Assembly: GCF_006345805.1 (NCBI RefSeq)
Contig: NC_043002.1
Coordinates: 46,748,001 to 46,812,000, forward strand
Reading direction: 5' to 3'
Length of the DNA stretch: 64,000 nt
Source of the DNA: Octopus sinensis
Lineage: Eukaryota
The translations under genes were made by a program, and so were the position numbers. The first letter of the stretch is position 1. Every line of letters begins with the position of its first letter. The notes beneath the pieces are model-generated. The model did not search any database. It saw only the letters and a list, made by a program, of their open reading frames with translations, and was not told where the DNA came from. Of the stretch, positions 50,651-63,574 are shown piece after piece.

Positions 50651-52912
50651 TGTATGTCTTTGTATGTATTTTGTGTAGTCTTCTAATGATTCTGCCAGCT
50701 TGCCACCTCTATGATGATGATAATAGTAATAATAATAATAATAATAATGATAATAATGATAATAATAATAATAATAAATGAATGTAGGCTTTTTAAGGAA
50801 ATTGTAATATGATGTATTCTAAAGTTGTAATGTATTGTGTTAGTAACCAATTGAGCAATGACAATTATATCACCAGTAATTTATACTGTGTAATACTTCG
50901 TTTTGTTTTGCAAAGTATTATGTAGTATAAATTAACCTAGAAACAGATAACAGCTATGAAGAAAACAAAACACTCAGACAATACAGTTTTTTAATCAAGC
51001 AATTACTTATGAAAATTATACTTTCATGGTTCAAAATTAAATGAGATGATGGAAATTAGCAATTTTGAAGAATAGGTGATAAATGTTGAAGAGCCATGGG
51101 TAGATTCAATCACATATATTTTTGTGATACTAGAGTGCAAACATGCCTAAGATAATTGGCTAATAAAAACAATTACAATTATTTAAAGAAATAACAAAAG
51201 ATTGTATCCGCAAGATATAAAATACTATCAAGTTTCCAATGAAATTCTATATATCTTTTTGTAATTTCTTAACTACCATAAAATGTTTACATTCTCAGAT
51301 AAGTAAAATTATTTCAGCTGTTAGAAGCATGAATCAATGTCAAAATATTGTAAGTAAACTAAATTTGCTAGAATGTCATTTTTAATATCAACCTGTTTTC
51401 TTGGCTCTATGATATAAAATTTCTATTTTAAAGTGATCTAATTTAAAATCTTCTGTCAAAAATTTCATGTTAATTCATGTTCTAAACCAGTTTAATTATT
51501 AAAATGTTATTTTACTAAATTCTTCATTATTTTCACAATTAGTTGAAACAAAAGCTATAATTAAGAGTTAAACTGGTTACAATATTTTTCTTTCATTTCT
51601 TCATTATTATGCAGGAGGAAATTAAAAAGGTTTTCAAATATGGTCAAATAAAGCTTTATTAAAACTATAGTATATAATATATTGAATCAACCCAGAATAT
51701 TAGAATTTATTTTGAGTCATGGGGGGAACCCCAATTTAATCACAACAGGAATTAAACTAAGAATATAAAAGCATTTAGTCTGGTACTCTAATATTTCTGT
51801 TTACTAGTTACACAAATATTTTGGTATAGCATAAAGTGGAAAATTAAGAAAGCTTTCCATTTTAAAATTCAACTTATGAAAAAAATGCTTCCTATTAAGA
51901 TAAGATAATAGTCTCTTAAACATATCACAAACAAATTGAAAGTTTTATTCTTAACAGTGCAAACTATATCTAAGTTGACATTATTCATGAAAACTGGGAA
52001 ATGTTTGAATTTCCACATTTCTATCGTCCTTAATTGAACACTGTTAATATATATAGTGTAATTATCAACAACACCTAAACACAAAAGAAAGCAAAAAAAA
52101 AAAAAATTATAAGAATAAAGAAAAACCTACTTCAATCAACACCAGCTGGTTATTATAGAAATTAAAAAGACCAATGCCAACATAATCATAAATGTATTAA
52201 TAAGTTCATTTACTATGAGGAATGAGTGTAGAAGATAACATTTCAGGTTGTTGTCTTTCATATGAGTGAAATAAGAATAAAAAAAAAGTGTTGCTAATTG
52301 CCTCCATCACCAATCTTTATATTGCTCCTTTCCTTATGCACAGATGAATCGTAAAACCCAAAATATTAGATTCTACACTCATTGCAGCAATGAGGTTATA
52401 TCCAACTCTCTTATAGACTAATTGTGTCCAATGTAAACCATTGCTACTTTCCTCAAATTTTACATTTATCTCACGAATATAATAAACAACTTCTAATTTA
52501 GAAATTATCCATTTAAATTATTGGCTATTTTATTTTCAGAAAAATAAAAAGTTGCTATGCAATTTAAGAAATGTTTATAATTTTATTTTAATATGGTGTC
52601 AATTAATAGTGTTCACTACAAAGAGTTGCTAATAATTCTATAGCTAAGTAAGAGAAAATATAACACTGTCTGGTATAGAGATGTATATAGATTAATTTCA
52701 CAAAATGGGTTGTAGTACTTTCACATCCTAAAGTGTGGCAATGTACATTCTTGCTTATGGTCGTTATCAAAATAATTAATGCAGTATTAGTAGTTAAAAT
52801 ATAATTAGATAAATCTTTTTTAAGTCATGCAATTTCTTACTATCATTTTTAAGTATTAGTCACGTTATTAAAAATTGCATAACAGATGCTTTTAAACAAC
52901 AAGCTCACTCAC

Positions 52913-52983
52913 CTTGGTCCCATTTTCCTCAGTTGTTACTATAGCAACAAAGATACCATCTGTCAAAGGGCTGGTCATTACAC
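52913..52983 (-). CDS. MYO1C: Myosin-IC-like exon 4 ((R)VMTSPLTDGIFVAIVTTEENGTK)
   Basis: tttgtatatag acceptor, gtgagt donor, 71 nt, phase 1 to 0. Matches the S..SDxLFV motif of TH1. Confidence 0.9.
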
Positions 52984-54489
52984 CTATATACAAAAGCACA
53001 GAATAGTATATATACTCTGACATGTTCTTATTGGAATTAGGCAAATAATTGGTCTTATAGGAAATCAGCATAAAAAACACAAACAAAAATAAAACAAGAC
53101 TTTATTATTAATTCATTCATAACGAACAGTGAAAAGCTTCCATAAAAGGGAATGAGATGTTTTCATATAGCTGTTTTGGCCTGCCTTTTTGGCACCAATG
53201 ATTTAATGCTGACTTATTTAACATCAGACATTTTAATATTTCATTTGCTCTCTCTCTCTCTCTCCCTTTACATGTGTGAGGAGAAGAAAAGTGCTTATGT
53301 CAATAGATTTCAATTAATAAATTGAAATGTCTTCCTCCCTCTCTCACTCTTTCTTTCTCTATCTGTATGTGTATATTTCAGTACACACACATATGTGTGT
53401 GTGTGTATGTGTGTTTGTCACCAGTGTCAAAAAGTACTGTCACCAAACAGTTTCAATGTCCAGTAAGCTGTGCCAAACTCAATGAGTCCAAACAGCTGAG
53501 CCTCCATCATTTCATTCCATCCAAAATATTGGAATATATGATTTATTTAGCTTGGTGTATCATAGTACAAAAATGAAAACTGGGCTGCACATGTCTCATG
53601 TTCCAGATCAAGATAACAAAGTACTTATTTGCACAATGATCTTACAATTTGTATGAGTGAAATGCTCCTGAGAAAAGTACTTAAACTTTCAGCACTCTGG
53701 AGTCAGTCAATGCATATTAAGCATTTTGGCAATGCCAGTTGTTGGAAAACTGCCTTTTTGATGGTAGTACAATACTCTGTCAAATGACAAAGAGGCATTT
53801 AATCAGTTAGTTTTGAGGTACTGAATAAGGGATATCTAATACTTAGTTTAGCAATATAACTGAAGTGATAGCAGATGGTGCTGTAGTAAATAACTCTGAT
53901 GCCAATGTAAATCCACAGATTTGCAGTTTAATTTCATTAATGGTTGAGTTTGCTCTCAGATCATTTATGTCAACACAACCAAATTCAGCAGTTTCTTGTG
54001 AAACTCTGGATGTTTTCACAAGTTCTAGAAGATATTAGTTTGGATCTACTGCTGAATATAGAGGGACTAGTAACTAAATTGTAAAATAAAATCAGAGAAA
54101 GATCCTGGTAATGACAGCAAGATTATAGAAGTCTAAAAAGCATTATGGGAGCGAATTATACTACAGACCTCTCTAATTCTTCAGAGAATGGGGCAATGTG
54201 GTAACTTACTCCCGCAATTCAAGAATGCATAGATAGTTACCATTTATAAGAGCAACTGACAGGACTGTGGAAACTACTAAGGAATTTACCCACACTCAAT
54301 TGTAGGAAAAATTCTATCAAAACTACTGCTTAAAAGATTGTAAATGATATCTGAACAAATTCCTTGTTAAATATAATGTGAACTTCATGTATCTTGGAGC
54401 ACCAATGTTCCTAAATGCACTTTCCAACACATTAAATAAAAGTATATCTTGAAGATCAGGGAGTCTCTCAAGGTTGAGCCTCCATTTCT

Positions 54490-54790
54490 CTGAATTGAAG
54501 ATGATGAAGGGTCGAGACTCTGATACGACAGACATGTGGTTAGAATGTTGCAGGAAAGGATTGCAAGAAAAATTCTTCAAGCCATGCCAACTGGCAGGAG
54601 ACCTAGGAGTACTGTGAGTGAGATGGTTGGATAATATCCATTGCCTCAGTTGGTCATGCTTGGGAATCCAGCAGGAAAGCATAATGAGGACTGATCCTGA
54701 TAGTGCCCTATGGAGGAGATGCCTCTGAGAACTCTAACCCTCAAAACCCTTCTGGGAAAAGCGAGTGGCAAAAATGGAAGGATAGATAGT
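54490..54790 (+). mobile_element. RTE LINE 3' fragment
   Basis: HVVRMLQERIARKILQAMPTGRRPR..RWLDNI. Confidence 0.65.
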
Positions 54791-55190
54791 TCCATACGTG
54801 ATGAAAGAACAGGATATCCAAGTATGTCAGAGGATAAAATGAATACAGTACATCAAATCACTAATAAAAGTTCATATGTTTTTCTTCATGTACCAGCACA
54901 AAGACTCATTTTCTTAAGGACATCTGTGCACAAAATCCTGAAGGTTATTTTGCATAAAAAAGAGCTACCATTTGCAGGCTTTACACAATTCAGTAGATAA
55001 CTAACACCATATGCTCCTTTGTATTCACTGTAAGGGGTTTTAAAAGAAAAGCATAAAGTGAGTAATTTTTATTAAAATAAGTACTTGACTTTATATCCAC
55101 CCAGTATCTGGAAAAGGAAATTCTCTTTTGCAACCAAATGACACTTCAAAAAGAAGAACAAGAGCATAATGACTGAAGAAACATACTTAC

Positions 55191-55332
55191 GTTTTAGTTG
55201 CATGAAAGTTATTTTATCCTTCACTTTGAAATCTTTTTCATTCAAAACATAGAGAGCTTGGTTTGTAACAATGAGGATACGGTTTCGAGGCTTGTAACCA
55301 TGACGATCATACTTGGTAACAGCAGTTGCATA
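55191..55332 (-). CDS. MYO1C: Myosin-IC-like exon 3, PH-like domain (YATAVTKYDRHGYKPRNRILIVTNQALYVLNEKDFKVKDKITFMQLK)
   Basis: ttctcttgtag acceptor, gtaagt donor, 142 nt. KYDRHGYKPRNR is the myosin-I TH1 PH beta1-beta2 signature and keeps the Lys and Arg equivalent to the PIP2-binding K892/R903 of mammalian Myo1c. Confidence 0.95.
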
Positions 55333-55512
55333 CTACAAGAGAATTGTCTTGCTAAAGTTATTCTGCATAGATTTAGGAATAAGAATGTAATTGCACACAT
55401 AGAAATAAATATACACACACCTGAATGTGTGTGTGTACAAAGTGTCCATAAATTACCATTACAATTTGAAGTGTATGAGTGTGGAAGTAGTAAAGATAAT
55501 TTATAGACACCA

Positions 55513-55580
<68 letters not shown>

Positions 55581-56069
55581 CACTGCATAAACTGGTGTAT
55601 AATATGACTGAGTGTATAAGACAACCCCAAGTTTTTGTGGAAAATAGCTTGAGTGCTGAAGGCGCAAGGTTTTTGTTTATGGGTGAGCTGAAGCTTCCCC
55701 AGCAACCCCTGAAATCTCTATTTTTCTTGTATTTCAATAGCATTTTAAGAATGTTTCAATCAGTAAACTTTATATGCAACAATTCTGCAGTCTGGTTGCT
55801 TAAAATTTATTCAGTTCTTTTTAAAAAGTAGTCAAATATTGTAAATTACCTACAATAGTACACATCAAATGTACCTGGCTGTGGTATAAACACTACCCTA
55901 GTGATGTCACTTAGACATCACTTATTTTACAGGAACTAACATGGTGTCAAGTATACCATAACAACACCATCTACTTCAAATGGATTTACAAGTTCACTTA
56001 CAGTATGTATTATATTGTAATATATTAGAAATGTTGTTACAAAGTACACTGCTAGTATTTTCTTTAATT

Positions 56070-56372
56070 TGTAAATTTTGTCTTGCTTCATGAGACCATT
56101 GGTCTTGAAACAGTGTATCCATTTTGATGCTGCTCATGGACCATGTCTGTTACATGCTTATATAGAATTGGTCGGTCTGCAGTGCCTCCTCTCATTGCAC
56201 ATTTTGTCCTGGGTTCACTCCTTAATAGGTCTTCTTTTAATCTCCAAATTCTTACCATCTTCTCGGTTACACTGTATTCTCTCGCAGTAGCACAATTGTG
56301 GGACTTGGTGTTTGCTACCACTTTCAGCTTAAAACCTACTTCATATTTCTTTCGTTTATCATTTGGAGCCAT
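56070..56372 (-). pseudogene. pogo-family transposase N-terminal remnant (Brinker-type DBD plus CENP-B HTH)
   Basis: RKKYEVGFKLKVVA...NCATAREYSVTEKMVRIWR resembles POGK/pogo RRSYDAGFKL..NC.AA..F.V.EK.VRDWR. Confidence 0.8.
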
Positions 56373-57289
56373 GAGGGAGGTTTTACAGTCGCTGGAAATT
56401 AATGTTCACCCAGTGAGAGTACTACTGCTTATGAAAGAGTGACAACTTGAGCCTTTTCAAGAAACCCTGTCAGTAAAAATTTAAAAGTAAGGTTTATTGT
56501 GATTGGTCTGACTGACACAAACTGGCCAGTCACAGAAGGTACTGCTATATGCTGCTAATCTGCCATATCAAGTAGGTTAGTTACTGTAAACTATGCTTGT
56601 TCTGAAAGCCCTCAGCTGGCTGGGTGCTGTATGAGAGAGCACTCTAAGGAAGCAGTGTAAACAGAACGGATCTGGGACATGGCTGAATGGGCTGATTGTT
56701 TACATTTTCTGTCTGCCAGCTGTTGTAAATGGTGACTGGTGTCTGTCCGCTAAGATTGCTGTGCTGTTATTTTGATATGATTTTAATATTAATCCAGCTT
56801 CTCAAACATATGTGTAAGTATCAGTAGAAAATACTGAGTTGTAGAACCATAAGATCTATGTGAATGTTTCACAGTGTTCTTCATCGATTTGTCTGAGTAT
56901 CAGTAGAAAATACTGTGGTGTAGCACCATAGGACCTATGCAACTGCTTTACATTGTTTTCCATTGCCATTGGTGCTACTCTAAACCACAGGAAGTTATAG
57001 TTCAGATTTTATATGGAGTATATAAAATGACCCCTAGTTTTGGGTTGATTTTTTTTGAAGTTCAAATTCAGTCCTGTAAGCCAGTGTGTGTGCGTGTATA
57101 TATATATATATAAGTATATGGACTGTAGCCATAGTAACAAAGTTAAAGCACATAGAGTGAAGCCGTTTGTCAAAGACTGAACTTGAATTCTGCTGTGCTT
57201 GCGCACTAAGGTTTAACATTCTAGCTCACTTCTGCTATTTACAACAGTGCTTAGAAAGAAGGTGTATAGCATATGGTCATTGCATTGAC

Positions 57290-57645
57290 CATGACAAAGA
57301 AAGTTGTCATGGCAGTACCTGCTCAGAGGCCTGTGCAAAGTTGAAGAAAGTGTATGAACTGCAGATGTTTCCAAGATGGCCAAATAAATGTCAATATTGA
57401 TGAATGTTCTGGGAGATCTGCAACCAGCAGAACTGAGAAAAACATCATAGACGTGTGCGAGGAGAAATCATCGAATTACCATCTGTGAGTTATCAGAGGA
57501 TGTGCAGATTAGTTGTGGTTCAGTCCATTATCATTGAAGATTTGGGTATGAGACATGTGTCTGTCAAGTTTGTGCCAAAACTGCTTTCAACTGACCAAAA
57601 GGTCACTCAGGTTTCAGTTGCACAAGATGAAAACTTTTTGAAAAC
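57290..57645 (+). pseudogene. Mariner transposase N-terminal remnant
   Basis: FQDG..V..DE.SGRS.TSRT, HRITI.EL, EDLGMRHVSVKFVPKLLS.DQK. Confidence 0.8.
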
Positions 57646-57892
57646 TTTGCTTAGGCTTGTGAGCAGGTATCGCCAAGCTTTTGGCAAATTTTGATGCAGA
57701 TCCTCTGCTCAACTTTCTCTGTTATGGTCAATGTGACAATTACACACTACACACCTTTCTTCCAAGCACTGCTGTAAACAGCAGAAATGAGCTAGAATGT
57801 TAAAACTTAGGTCAATCTTTGCCAAGTGGTTTCACTCAGTGTAGTTTAACTTCATTATTATAGCAACAGTCCGGATACTCATTGATCAGACT

Positions 57893-57932
<40 letters not shown>

Positions 57933-57935
57933 TTA

Positions 57936-57978
<43 letters not shown>

Positions 57979-58273
57979 TTGTGTGTGTGTGTGTGATTGC
58001 AGAAGGAATATTCATAGGAGTATATTGTTTATAGCAGAAGGATTTTCAGTGTTGCATGGGAAAATAAACAACTCAATTTTTGGTCAATAACTTGAATTCA
58101 AACCAGGTAATTTTGCATAAATTCATGATTTCATACACATTATTTTCTTTGTTTTATTCATAACAGAAATAAATTTTAAAAAATTATTGAAACATCTTTA
58201 AATTTTACTTGAATTTCAATCATTCATTATCAAAGAAGATACAACAGAGGTATTTCAACCATGCCAATCTAGT

Positions 58274-58329
<56 letters not shown>

Positions 58330-59163
58330 GGCATGTCAGAATATAATATTTATATACATATACATATATATATACATACACACACACACACATACATACC
58401 CACACATATATACACATACATGCACATATATGTAATAAATTGCCATGTGTGTGTGGTGTACCAAGTGAACAAAGCAATGACTTACATTTTTAATATGTTC
58501 TTGCAGATTTGAACACAAATATGTTAATTGCTGATATGCTTCATCAGAGGTGAACGATTTTTTCCACAACAAATGTGTATTCATAACACTTTTGATTCAT
58601 TGCCATAAGGGGACTCTGGGACACCAGGTGTTTTGACGTTGTTGTGTCTCATCAGCCAAAGCTATTGCAAACTAATTAATCTAACAAGAATTTGTGGCTC
58701 TTGTTTATAATTTCAGCATGCTTCAACAATTAATTTATAATTGCTGAAGCATGTTGATATCTATTAACTAGTAATAAATCATCATGTGCACAGTAAAAAA
58801 AATGACTTACAGATCTGTTCTTAATCCAGTCCAATCCAATCCAATCTGTCCATCCACATGTCTGTCTGTCCATCCATCTTTCTATTCATCTATCTATCTA
58901 TTTGTCTCTCTCTATACATATGTATATACATCCCAACCCATACTTGCATGGAAAGTAAATGTTAAATGATGATGATGACGATATTGTATATATCATTTAA
59001 TTCATATTGAATATATATAAATTACATATCAGTTGATGTATGTGCATATATGTGTGTATAAATATGTGTATGTATCTTTCCGCAAAGGAAGGTGTTGGTA
59101 TATACAGGAAAGTGGTTTACATTAACCTATACAGTGTTGGCTAAAAGTCTATTCTGCAGTACA

Positions 59164-59199
<36 letters not shown>

Positions 59200-59203
<4 letters not shown>

Positions 59204-59495
59204 GTGAGTTGGATACAAAAATTCAGGGTGAATACTTGATAATTGTAAGCACCTGTATATACCATTTGGTGGTGTAGGTAGTAGAGTATATTAATCAAAA
59301 TAAAAACATGATGCCAAGGATTCAGTGGTACATATGTTTCGGGCCTTTATTAGACGGATTTATAACAATGCATTGTGAAGTAGTAATTGTGCACGGCTGA
59401 AGAAGGCATTATGCATTGTTATGAATCCGTCTAATAAAGGCCCGAAACATATGTACCGCTGAATCCTTGGCATCATGTTTTTATTTTGATTAATA
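59200..59495. mobile_element. Penelope-like short element with inverted arms, in a (TA)n array
   Basis: ~85-bp inverted repeat (59287-59373 vs 59411-59497, 2 mismatches), (TA)n on both sides, hammerhead core inside. Confidence 0.65.
59394..59458 (+). ncRNA. Minimal type I hammerhead ribozyme motif
   Basis: CGG-CUGAAGA-A-GGC..GCC-C-GAAAC-AUAU-GUA|CCG. Stem I CGG/CCG, palindromic stem III, GUA triplet ending at 59455. Confidence 0.65.
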
Positions 59496-59503
59496 TATAT
59501 ATG

Positions 59504-59552
<49 letters not shown>

Positions 59553-59589
59553 GCCAACCGCTTTACAGAATGTGCCGGGTGCTTTTATG

Positions 59590-59992
59590 TGGCACCAGCA
59601 TCGACTCTTGGAGGTCAATCCTCTCCACCAAGGTTTAACACTTGCGCTGTGGAGTGCAGGTCTTCTTGAGTTGAGCAAGGTACCAGGCATCTTGGTCTTT
59701 TGCCATCTTGCCTGAAAGGTTCAGCACCCTGAAATCATTCTTCAGTAATTCAGACCATGTCTTTCTGGATCTCCCACTTCCACATGTTCCATCTACTTTT
59801 AGAGATCAGTACTTCTGTATGGAGTTGTTGGCATCCATCCGTATTACATGACCAAACCAGCGCAGTCTTCTTTCTTGCACACAGCATCTAATTCCTCTTA
59901 TACCTAACTTCTCTCTCAATACACTAGAACTCTGTCAAACATGAACACTTACATTACACATCCAGCAGAGCATACTAGCCTCATTGGTTCAC
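59590..59992 (-). mobile_element. RTE LINE 3' fragment
   Basis: NEASML.WMC..LREKLGIRGI..VQERRLRWFGHVIRM..GRSRKTW. Confidence 0.85.
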
Positions 59993-60894
59993 ATTAAAAG
60001 TAATTACAATAAATTCTTTCACAATTCCCGTTGCCAGCCCTCATCTGTTTCCAAGTAAGGTAATATTTCCTCATGATCAGAAATGTTATTCATGGAAGAC
60101 TGTAAATGAAGTAGACTGCTTACAGCCATTACATAATGTCAAGGCAGGTAAACACACACACACACACATGATAAGTGACTTTCAGTTTGTGTTCACCAAG
60201 TCCATTCACAAGGACTTGGTTGGCCAGAGGGTATCATAGAGACACTCGATCAAGGTTGCTATGCTGTGAGACTGAACCTGAAACCATGTGTTTGGGATGC
60301 AAGCTTCTTACCACATGGCCATGCCTGGACTAAATATTTTTGAAGTAACTTGATGTTTAACCTGCATTGCTATAGTCTTCTATAACATACAGATTTTATA
60401 CCTAATATACAGTGCTTCAAGCAAACTTCAACACTGATATTTTTTAAAATTTTGTTCCTATGGCTGGATGCCTTCCCTAACAACACTTTACAGAATGTAC
60501 TGGGTGCTTTTGTGTGGCACTAGCATTAGAGAGGTGTCATATCATCAATAAGACTAAAGGGTCCTCACAACTTACACTTTGTGTCTACTGGGTATGTTTT
60601 TTGAGGCACCAGCATTAGAGAGGCAGCTATGTCCTCAACATGATTGAAAGAACAGATGAAGAATTAATATCATTACATATAATAAATATATATTAAGTAA
60701 AAGATTTCAGTTTCAAATGAGTATACATGTACAGGTGTATACATATAAATGCAATATCAATATAGTACAATGACAATAACACAACATCTATTTGGTTCTT
60801 TTCTAGAAAATATCATTATTTCAGATAAATTTGTTCTTTATTTGTTTTCTGTACTGAAAATATGATAAACAGAAGCATGATTTGGATAACTTAC

Positions 60895-60965
60895 CACAAT
60901 TTCTTCATTTTGTGCTTTTATAGTGGCATCAAAAACGGATGTTCTGAGATGTTCATGGTGTGTTG
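60895..60965 (-). CDS. MYO1C: Myosin-IC-like exon 2 ((A)THHEHLRTSVFDATIKAQNEEIV)
   Basis: tatttcttcag acceptor, gtaagt donor, 71 nt, phase 1 to 0. The only open frame is the one compatible with both neighbouring exons. Confidence 0.88.
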
Positions 60966-61121
60966 CTGAAGAAATAAATAAAATTTTGACTGTATTGTTC
61001 CATCAAAGAACCATTGCATATGCTTTCTTCTTCAGGTTAATACTAGTATTCAAATCTGAAAGCTATATTTGTTCAAATAGTCATACCTAGTTTTGCAGAT
61101 AATATATCACGAAATTACTCT

Positions 61122-61534
61122 TTTATTCTTTTACTTCTTTCAGTCATTTGACTGCAGCCATGCTGGAGCACTGCCTTAGAGGGTTTTAGTTCAACAAATC
61201 GACCCCAGGACTTATTTTCTTTTAAGCCTAGTACTCTATTGGTCTCTTTTGCCAAACTGCCAAGTTACAGGGATGTAAACACACCAACACTGGTTGTAAC
61301 ACACCAACACTGGTTGTCAAATGGTGATGGAGGACAAACACAGACACACAAACACACATAGGTATATACACTGATATGACAGGCTCTTTTCAGTTTCCAT
61401 CTACCAAATCCACTCATAAGGCTTTGGTCAGCCCGAGGCTATAGTTAAAGACACTTGCCTGAGGTGCTATGCAGTGAAACTGAATCTGGAACCATGTGCT
61501 TGGGAAGCAAGCTTCTTACCACACAGCCATGCCT
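61122..61534 (-). mobile_element. SINE family A copy, CpG-decayed
   Basis: Aligns to the family with CG changed to TG/CA. Confidence 0.88.
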
Positions 61535-62073
61535 AGTTTATATTTGTCTCGTAAATTTCCCAGTTTTATATCTATATACCATTGATATTAAGAATGTTAA
61601 AAATTTACAAAATATTTTTGTTTTGTTTATTGCCAGATAAATCTGATTAAACAGAGCAATAATCAAAAACAATCCAGCTGTGATCATCTTGTATGTTCAT
61701 AAAAACAGTTTGGTTGAAATGAGGGAAATTTGGTAGCTATTTCTTGAATAATCACGTAAGGGGATCTGCATTGGTGAAGCCCATCATTATTTTGTCAGTT
61801 TTTATTTTATATGCATAGATGCCTGTAATATGATGGCTTCATTCAAATCCAGTATGAAGTAGCTATTTATCACACATCTATTAAGCATACCATAACCTTC
61901 AAGAGCTATTTGGGTCATTACTTCATGTCATGTGTCAAGCACAAATCAGCATGGTGGGCCCAACATTTTCAAAGCTATTGACTATAATCAGAAATTGCTG
62001 GCACTAGAAATAAGAAAAGTGAAATGATTCAACCAAAAATTTAAACTGAATTGTAGATTCAGCTTCCATAGGT

Positions 62074-62235
62074 GCTGAAGTAGCTGTGTGGTAACTAGCT
62101 TGCTTACCAACTACATGGTTCCGGGTTCAGTCCCACTGCGTGGCACCTTGGGCAAGTGTCTTCTACTATATCCTCGGGCTGACCAAAGCCTTGTGAGTGG
62201 ATTTGGTAGACGGAAACTGAAAGAAGCCTGTTGTA

Positions 62236-62271
<36 letters not shown>

Positions 62272-62295
62272 TGTATGTATGTGTATATATATATA

Positions 62296-62337
<42 letters not shown>

Positions 62338-62578
62338 CTTTATGTATGTGTGTGTATATGTTTGTGCATGTGTGTTGGTCCCTCCCACCATTGCTTGACA
62401 ACTGATGCTGGTGTATTTACGTCCCTGTAACTTAGCGGTTCAGCAAAAGAGACAGATAGAATAAGTACTAGGCTTACAAAGAATAAGTCCTGGGGTTGAT
62501 TTTCTCAACTAAAAGGCAGTGCTCTAGTATGGCCACAGTCAAATGACTGAAACAAGTAAAAAAGTAAAGAGTAAAAGC
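62074..62578 (+). mobile_element. SINE family A copy
   Basis: Near full-length, plus orientation. Confidence 0.9.
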
Positions 62579-62764
62579 GTGTCCTATATCATTCACAAAA
62601 AAAACATAAAACAAACATATGATTACTGCCAAAACATATTCATTATATGAAAGCAGTTCTCACATGAGACAAAAGCTTACATTTTAATGTGAACCAGCGT
62701 TACTTTCTATTTTACTCTTTTTATTTTATACAGAAAAAAAAAGAAGAAAAATTATAAAATTTAC

Positions 62765-62858
62765 CTAGACGATTGGTGACGAAAGGATCTTTAATGCTAA
62801 ATGGATAGGATTCCTTTTGACCTCGAAATATCCGTTCTGCAAGAACTTTTTGTTCCAT
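62765..62858 (-). CDS. MYO1C: Myosin-IC-like, TH1 exon 1 of 7 in window (MEQKVLAERIFRGQKESYPFSIKDPFVTNRL, ends phase 1)
   Basis: tttttgcag acceptor, gtaaat donor, 94 nt. Resembles the MYO1C tail segment [32 protein letters not shown] (recalled). Splices in frame to the next exon. Confidence 0.92.
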
Positions 62859-62940
62859 CTGCAAAAATATTAGGAAAATAATTAATGATGTGATGTAACA
62901 TACATTGACAACAATTACAGAATAATTTTTCATTCCATGG

Positions 62941-63118
62941 GGATGGGGGACAAACACAGACACAAAGACACACATAGGTACATACACATATATGACAGGC
63001 TCTTTTCAGTTTCCATCTACCAAATCTACTCACAAGGCTTTGGTCAGCCCGAGGCTATAGTAGAAGACACTTGCCCAAGGTGCCATGCAGTGGAATTGAA
63101 CCTCGAACCATGTGGTTT
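62941..63118 (-). mobile_element. SINE family A partial copy; other partials near 32962-33120, 37165-37280, 42551-42712 and 60172-60327
   Basis: Shared CTTTCAGTTTCC.TCTACCAAAT..CTCACAAGGCTTTGG block. Confidence 0.8.
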
Positions 63119-63161
63119 CACTGACACTATCAGCATCATCCTTTGCCTTAGTACCCATTTG

Positions 63162-63574
63162 GGATCTTTTCTGTTTGAACGGCAGTTTTTAACATAATTT
63201 CTAGGTAACTAAAAAATTTTAAACTTCGTATACTGGTAGAATGTGTTTATAAAGCATCTTTTTCTCTTGGCTTTATTGAGAAAATTCTATAGTTTGTAAG
63301 ATATTTGTTGTTTTTTTTCTTCAATTTCTGCAATTTCAACCAATCACTGATGTCTATTGAGGTAAAAAAACATTCTGTGCCGTATGAATATGTCCCTCGT
63401 TTAAGAAACAGATTGGGTTTATTTACATTTGTTAAAAAAAAAAACATACCCTTCCCCCACCCCTAACCCAAAAACAGATTGAAATGCAATAGATCGATAC
63501 TAGGGTCATAATTATGGGTGACAATTTCATATGACACCACTAGAAAAAAACTGCCGTTCAAACCGAAAAGATCC
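63162..63574 (-). mobile_element. GGATC-terminal MITE copy 3
   Basis: Reverse complement of copy 1, both TIRs present. Confidence 0.85.

Noticed and set aside
51869-52074. Strong minus-strand acceptor at 52074 with downstream ORF
   Set aside because: No suitable donor, an early stop in phase 0, and it derives from a poly(A) tract.
58486-58530. In-frame 45-nt candidate exon (QLTYLCSNLQEHIKN) with GTAAGT donor
   Set aside because: No polypyrimidine tract, no myosin similarity, and the flanking exons already join cleanly.
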